NCBI GenBank assembly: GCA_964544225.1
Contig: CAZIZK010000001.1
Span: forward strand, 271,477-335,476
DNA length: 64,000 nucleotides
Reading direction: 5' to 3'
From: an uncultured Candidatus Saccharibacteria bacterium
Lineage (GTDB): Bacteria; Patescibacteriota; Minisyncoccia; Phycocordibacterales; UBA9973
The position numbers were made by a program, and so were the translations under genes. This document shows, piece after piece, positions 60,381 through 64,000 of this stretch. The first letter of the stretch is position 1. The number at the start of each line of letters is the position of its first letter. The notes below the pieces were generated by a model, which was given only the letters and a program-made list of their open reading frames with translations, was not told the origin of the DNA and made no database searches.

Positions 60381-61136
60381 TTAAAAAAATCTTTTTATTA
60401 TTAAACTGCTTACTAGTATAGGATTCTTTGTCTGGTATAATAATTTTTTATAAAATTTAAAAAGCCCTACAATTTGCTTCGTCCGGCTCTTGCTATTATT
60501 TAGAGGGTGTCTTCGTATATGAACTAGTACTTCATCTATATAATCTATGTTGTATTTATTTGATATTCTGAGCCACATTTCCCAGTCTTCAGCATAGCGT
60601 AAACTTTCATCAAAAGTCCCCACATGATCAAACACATCCTTTTTAATCAAAACACAACTAGCACTACCTAATATTTTATTTGCTTTCAGTAGTGCTGAGT
60701 AGGCGTTCCTCCTATAATTATTATCAATATTTAAAACCTTTTCCGTGCTAGGCCCACCATTCTCATTAATAGTGTCATATCTACCATACACAAGCCCCAA
60801 GTTATCAAATGGGCTATTATTAAATACCTCCATTTGTTTTGCTAGCTTATTACTTACCCATACGTCATCTGCATCCAAGAATGCTATATATTCTGCTTCT
60901 GAATGGCTAAGGCCATTATTACGAGCACTATTTGGTCCAGCATTGTTTTGTTTTATATATACAATATCTATGTTAAGTAGTTCTTTGCAAGAGGCAATAA
61001 CCTGGGCCGTGTTATCTGTCGAACCATCATCAACAACAAATACTTTATTTACAGCTAAAGTTTGTTCGCTTACTGACCATAAAGCCTCTTTTAGGTATTT
61101 ACCATTATTGTATGTTGGGATTATTACATCTATCAT
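60381..61136 (-). CDS. Glycosyltransferase family 2
   Basis: VIIPTYN, VDDGSTD, FLDADD, EDWEMW. Confidence 0.92.
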   Translation of the reverse strand: MIDVIIPTYNNGKYLKEALWSVSEQTLAVNKVFVVDDGSTDNTAQVIASCKELLNIDIVYIKQNNAGPNSARNNGLSHSEAEYIAFLDADDVWVSNKLAKQMEVFNNSPFDNLGLVYGRYDTINENGGPSTEKVLNIDNNYRRNAYSALLKANKILGSASCVLIKKDVFDHVGTFDESLRYAEDWEMWLRISNKYNIDYIDEVLVHIRRHPLNNSKSRTKQIVGLFKFYKKLLYQTKNPILVSSLIIKRFF

Positions 61137-61137
61137 A

Positions 61138-62103
61138 TTAGTACCAATTTTTTATATTTATAATATCTTGATATTTATCCAGTGGTATACCCGGGATATC
61201 TTCATTGTAGAATATTTTACAGAATAGAGCATATCTATCTAGGGCACAATGAACATAAGATTCACTGACATTTTTTACAGCTTCACGATTATTGTAAAAG
61301 TTCATGCCCGACCCTACGCAGGAAAAGTGTACGAGCTTGTTACCAAAGTCTATTTTATAAGGGGTAGGGAAGTTGTTGATGTTTTTAAATATATTGTCTC
61401 TTTTGCCGTATTTATCACAACCACCCACATCATCTTCTGATAGGTGATGTATACGTGCACCATTATATATCATTTCAAACATAACTTGATCAAAAAAGTC
61501 CAATGTCTTGAATGTATACAATGGGTATGAACCATATATTTTTTGTGCGAATTCACTGAGTGGAAATTTTCCTAAGAGTTTTTTGATTTGGTATTTTATA
61601 TGTTTAAATATAAATGAAGGATTTAAATCTGATATTTTTAAAACTGATTTTTGAAGATTTATTTTGTCTTTTTTAAATAAAATACAATTAGTTTGGCATA
61701 GATCAGCAAGATGCCTAACATCATCTCTTTCACAAGGGTTATGGTGATAATTGCGTATTGGTCCTATGATGTCATAATCCTTTGCTAGGGTTAATATTTC
61801 ATCAATAATGTTTTCACGAAATATAGTATCACTATCAAAATGAATTATTTGATTATGTTCTGTTTCCAATATTGCCTTTTCCCACAACATAGCTGTGCCA
61901 CGATGACCGTATTTAAAAGCATTTAAAATATTTGCTTCAATTTCAATAAATACATTATTTGGGTGAGTATCTATATACTTGAAGTCTTTTTTAGTGCCAT
62001 AAATATGTACTTTGTAATTATGGTATTTATGAAAAGAGTTCAGTGCAATTTTACCGATTTTGCCACAATTTACTATCTCTGTAAATATAAATGTATTATC
62101 CAT
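61138..62103 (-). CDS. Hypothetical protein, possible GT-A fold glycosyltransferase
   Basis: IIHFDSD DxD-like motif; located inside the glycosylation cluster. Confidence 0.5.
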   Translation of the reverse strand: MDNTFIFTEIVNCGKIGKIALNSFHKYHNYKVHIYGTKKDFKYIDTHPNNVFIEIEANILNAFKYGHRGTAMLWEKAILETEHNQIIHFDSDTIFRENIIDEILTLAKDYDIIGPIRNYHHNPCERDDVRHLADLCQTNCILFKKDKINLQKSVLKISDLNPSFIFKHIKYQIKKLLGKFPLSEFAQKIYGSYPLYTFKTLDFFDQVMFEMIYNGARIHHLSEDDVGGCDKYGKRDNIFKNINNFPTPYKIDFGNKLVHFSCVGSGMNFYNNREAVKNVSESYVHCALDRYALFCKIFYNEDIPGIPLDKYQDIINIKNWY

Positions 62104-63082
62104 GGATTATTTTTTTAAATTTATTTAATATTTTATACACAAACTTTGTTTTTTCTGGGTATAGGGTAACTTCTACTTTATCAAGATTATTTTTATGATC
62201 ATTTATGTACTCACAAAGCATAGGGAATATCTGGTATTTATCCAAGATTAGGTTTTTTGCTATTTTCAATTCACCTTCGGATCGTTCATAAAGGTCACTT
62301 TGGATTATATATTTTATTGTATTTATCGCCTCATCTGTATTATCTATATCTATTACAGATAAAGTATCTTTTGTAAAATAATCATATATATTAGTACACC
62401 CATAGTATATAGGGTATGCCCCAGCAAGGAAAGTATCTGTCAATTTTTCTGTCCAATAATCATTTGTAGAGCTATTTTCAAGTACTATGTGATATTTATA
62501 CGGTGCTATACCATCCCATTTGTCATCTAAGGTATTTGACCCTAAGCCATAAATATCTATTTGATCACCCAATTCATTTTTGAGTTTATTTAGGAAATCA
62601 TGTCTTTTTTTATGTCCTTTTGTAAATGTCTTATTCGATACAATAATAGAGGCTAATTTTGTTTTAATAGGTGTTGGTAAGGCTTTTAATTCATCATAAG
62701 TTTTATAATATTTATCTTCACCACTTTGCATCTTGTAACCAATCCACCAAGGTAATGCTTGTTGTTGGTGGATAATATTTGGGTGCTTGATTCCTTTCTG
62801 ACATGTTACTATTGCACCAAATTGTTTGGTGAATTGATGGTTGTATTTATGTACAGATTCGGGTTCGGTTGTTATTAGTACAATATTTTCCTTTGCAACT
62901 TTTGTTCCTTCTTCTTTTTCTAATCCACCATACACAACCCACAGATCGCACTCATCAATATCTTCATTGATGTAGAATTCACAATTACCCCATACTGGAT
63001 TCAAAGAGGGAAGCTGTTTAATGAATGGTTTACCACCACCAGCTGTAGATATTTTAATTTTAAAAATATTTTTCTCATTCAT
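62096..63082 (-). CDS. GT10 family (alpha-1,3-fucosyltransferase-like) glycosyltransferase
   Basis: YKYHIVLENSSTNDYWTEKL.D.FLAG.YPIYYG motif; start MNEKN at 63082. Confidence 0.85.
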   Translation of the reverse strand: MNEKNIFKIKISTAGGGKPFIKQLPSLNPVWGNCEFYINEDIDECDLWVVYGGLEKEEGTKVAKENIVLITTEPESVHKYNHQFTKQFGAIVTCQKGIKHPNIIHQQQALPWWIGYKMQSGEDKYYKTYDELKALPTPIKTKLASIIVSNKTFTKGHKKRHDFLNKLKNELGDQIDIYGLGSNTLDDKWDGIAPYKYHIVLENSSTNDYWTEKLTDTFLAGAYPIYYGCTNIYDYFTKDTLSVIDIDNTDEAINTIKYIIQSDLYERSEGELKIAKNLILDKYQIFPMLCEYINDHKNNLDKVEVTLYPEKTKFVYKILNKFKKIIHG

Positions 63083-63084
63083 AA

Positions 63085-63840
63085 TTAATTTTTTGTAAAC
63101 CAAAAACAACCACAACCGTATCGTTGGGAATCTGCTAAAGATTTTGATGCATTATATATGATACCTTCTTCCTGCCCATTATCGGGGATTAATGTAAACT
63201 CTTTTAATGTAAGCTCAGAAAAATATTGCATTATTTGATCATATGAATATATGCGATGCGCATTAAATTGAACCATGGGTTTACCTATAGGGCTTACAAA
63301 TAAAAGATTTCCATTCGGAGCAAGAACTCGCACCAACTCTTTTATTGATTTAATATCTGCATCTGGGTCTATTGGGTCACCATATCGCCCAAGCCCAATA
63401 TGCTCTATTGTGTGCATGCAAGATATTGAATCAACACTATTGTCCTCGAATGGCAATGCAAGTAAGTTTCCTTCTTTAGAGGACAAATTGTCCAGCTTTA
63501 CATTGGCTGGTCTATAATCATAAAACTCTACAGGTATAAAAGCGGATACGATAGTGGAAAAATGTAATGTCGAAGATACATCTATATGTTTAGTTGGTTT
63601 AGTTTTTGATAAAATTCTTGCTGCCCAGGCTGGATGATAGATATAGTGTGCATCGAATAATGTTTTCTCTGTTTTATCAAAGAATTGTGGACATCGATTT
63701 TTCCAATCTACACTAAGTCTAGGATTTTTTTTAGCTTCTTTTTGGAATAATCTAAACTCTTTTAAGAAAGAAATATAAAGATATGTTTCTTTAATAAACT
63801 TCTTGATAAAACTTGGAATAATTTTTTTTATTATTTGCAT
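63085..63840 (-). CDS. DUF268-like SAM-dependent methyltransferase
   Basis: HIDVSS, DYRP, LPFEDNS..SISCMHTIEHIGLGRYGDPIDP, RVLAPNG. Confidence 0.8.
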   Translation of the reverse strand: MQIIKKIIPSFIKKFIKETYLYISFLKEFRLFQKEAKKNPRLSVDWKNRCPQFFDKTEKTLFDAHYIYHPAWAARILSKTKPTKHIDVSSTLHFSTIVSAFIPVEFYDYRPANVKLDNLSSKEGNLLALPFEDNSVDSISCMHTIEHIGLGRYGDPIDPDADIKSIKELVRVLAPNGNLLFVSPIGKPMVQFNAHRIYSYDQIMQYFSELTLKEFTLIPDNGQEEGIIYNASKSLADSQRYGCGCFWFTKN

Positions 63841-63843
63841 AAA

Positions 63844-63999
63844 TTATAACTTTAATGTTTTTGTAATTGTTTTACTAAAATTTTCAGGCAGGAATACCTT
63901 GTACTGATCACTTTTTAAAAATTGCTCGATAGCTTTTGTGTACATATTATATTTATTCTCATCTATTGATTCTAGAAATTCCAAAAGTTCTCTATCGTT
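63844..63999 (-). CDS. Partial CDS (C-terminus), possibly another GT10-type glycosyltransferase
   Basis: Open frame NDRELLEFLESIDENKYNMYTKAIEQFLKS...KL* from the window edge; the tail resembles GT10 C-termini. Confidence 0.45.
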   Translation of the reverse strand, partial: NDRELLEFLESIDENKYNMYTKAIEQFLKSDQYKVFLPENFSKTITKTLKL

Positions 64000-64000
64000 T

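Noticed and set aside
589-63517. Numerous 60-190 aa antisense or alternate-frame ORFs in the ORF track
   Set aside because: They are shadows of well-supported genes on the opposite strand or frame and have no motifs of their own.

Overview
A 64-kb bacterial chromosome segment that reads like a Patescibacteria/CPR (Parcubacteria-type) genome. The lineage is inferred from compact AT-rich intergenics with almost no Shine-Dalgarno sites, many leaderless promoters, rplK with no rplA after it, a type-2 IleRS with an inserted domain, an alpha2-type GlyRS and CPR-style hypotheticals. Most of the window is housekeeping: ribonucleotide reductase (the beta subunit has class Ic Mn/Fe signatures), a Trx/DsbB pair, a MacAB-like ABC exporter, pyrC/pyrD, secE-nusG-rplK, a thymidylate-synthesis cluster, four aminoacyl-tRNA synthetases, rpsF-ssb-rpsR, efp, recA and ftsK. 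It ends in an S-layer-like gene, an O-oligosaccharyltransferase-like gene and a GDP-fucose/fucosyltransferase glycosylation locus. The most unusual signals are: (1) a four-helix-bundle/winged-HTH gene beside ftsK carrying 10 exact AARGACA sites in or at its own coding region; (2) an ileS T-box riboswitch pairing an ultrashort Stem I with an intrinsic terminator; (3) an unannotated Pro-rich leader peptide with a 1:2/2:3/3:4 attenuator in front of a 79-aa membrane protein; (4) a ~500-nt highly structured leader before the S-layer-like gene; (5) small palindromic and heptamer repeat elements inside coding sequences. I found no rRNA, tRNA, CRISPR array or transposase. All calls were made by eye, without database searches.
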